This document shows, piece by piece, positions 16,693 to 17,156 of a stretch of 17,156 nucleotides of DNA. How positions within the stretch are numbered: position 1 is the first letter of the stretch; every line of letters starts with the position of its first letter. Origin of the DNA: Methanobacteriota archaeon (GTDB lineage: Archaea; Hydrothermarchaeota; Hydrothermarchaeia; Hydrothermarchaeales; JACRDW01); the NCBI GenBank assembly GCA_043820925.1, contig JBDRDL010000046.1, positions 1 through 17,156 on the forward strand, written 5' to 3'. A model generated the notes under the pieces. The model was not told the origin of the DNA. It did no database searches and saw nothing but the letters and a program-made list of their open reading frames with translations. The translations under genes were made by a program, and so were the position numbers.

Positions 16693-17028
16693 TTAAATTG
16701 AAAGGGCAATCGTAACTATTAAACCCACAATCGCAACAAGACAGCTGATAGCAATCGCATTCCTTCTAAACCATTCCCATGCCGATAAACTGTCTACAAG
16801 GTTTTCGCCTTCTGGAGTTAAATATAGCCTCATTGGTTTGTCTCCAGTGGCATGAATAATCAATTTATTCTGGTCCATTTCTTGAAGATATAAATTTGCT
16901 TGATGGGGAGTCAGTTTAAATTCTTCTTCTAAATATTTGTGAAACTTATCGTATTCAATAAATTTCCCCTGAATTTTCTGCATATGTTTTAACGCTTTTT
17001 TTGAAATATCCGTAACCATAATAATCAT
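16693..17028 (-). CDS. Hypothetical protein: winged-helix-like N-terminus with C-terminal TM anchor
   Basis: 111 aa; ANLYLQEMDQNKLI...RLYLTPEG resembles a wHTH helix and wing; AIAISCLVAIVGLIVTIALSI is a TM segment. AT-rich. The start could be 17019. Confidence 0.55.
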   Translation of the reverse strand: MIIMVTDISKKALKHMQKIQGKFIEYDKFHKYLEEEFKLTPHQANLYLQEMDQNKLIIHATGDKPMRLYLTPEGENLVDSLSAWEWFRRNAIAISCLVAIVGLIVTIALSI

Positions 17029-17156
17029 AAATGATTGAGGATATTTAATATTTAGACCTTTCTAACCATACTCTCTAATCATACTCTCCAATAAATTGGG
17101 TAGCCTGTTTGCCAATTGTTCTCGCAGGATATACATTTTTGTGAGTTTTCCCGTAT

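Noticed and set aside
17063..17156. Partial minus-strand CDS at the right edge and a 13-bp tandem repeat (GAGAGTATGRTTA twice)
   Set aside because: All three minus frames are open for 25-30 codons, so the frame cannot be chosen. The repeat is too short to interpret.

Overview
Archaeal, euryarchaeal-type DNA, judged from group II chaperonins, MfnB, a tungsten-type AOR, BRE/TATA promoters and tRNAs without encoded CCA; the lineage cannot be fixed from sequence alone. The AT-rich left end (1-1450) looks like the edge of a defence island. It holds the 3' end of a type IIG-like restriction-modification gene, a coupled HEPN-motif ORF ending in the same C-terminal peptide as that gene, and a tail-to-tail pair of a 46-aa antitoxin-like ORF (missing from the ORF track) and a RelE-like toxin. 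Next is a stand-alone Ni-CODH gene (cooS) bracketed by a 27-bp direct repeat with 11-6-11 dyad character, then a promoter-preceded structured non-coding segment with CRISPR-repeat-like ends. The core block encodes EamA, a WecC-like dehydrogenase, a CWB2-TM-wHTH protein, two divergent thermosome genes with homologous promoters, a membrane protein, a HisA-related protein divergent from an mfnB-aor-Zn ribbon-lipoprotein FKBP run, and a DUF2299-like protein. The right end has tRNA-Leu(CAA) and tRNA-Thr(GGT), each followed by a degenerate copy of its own 3' end, a MITE-like element between them, and a small wHTH-TM ORF. Family calls are by motif recognition only; no database search was run.
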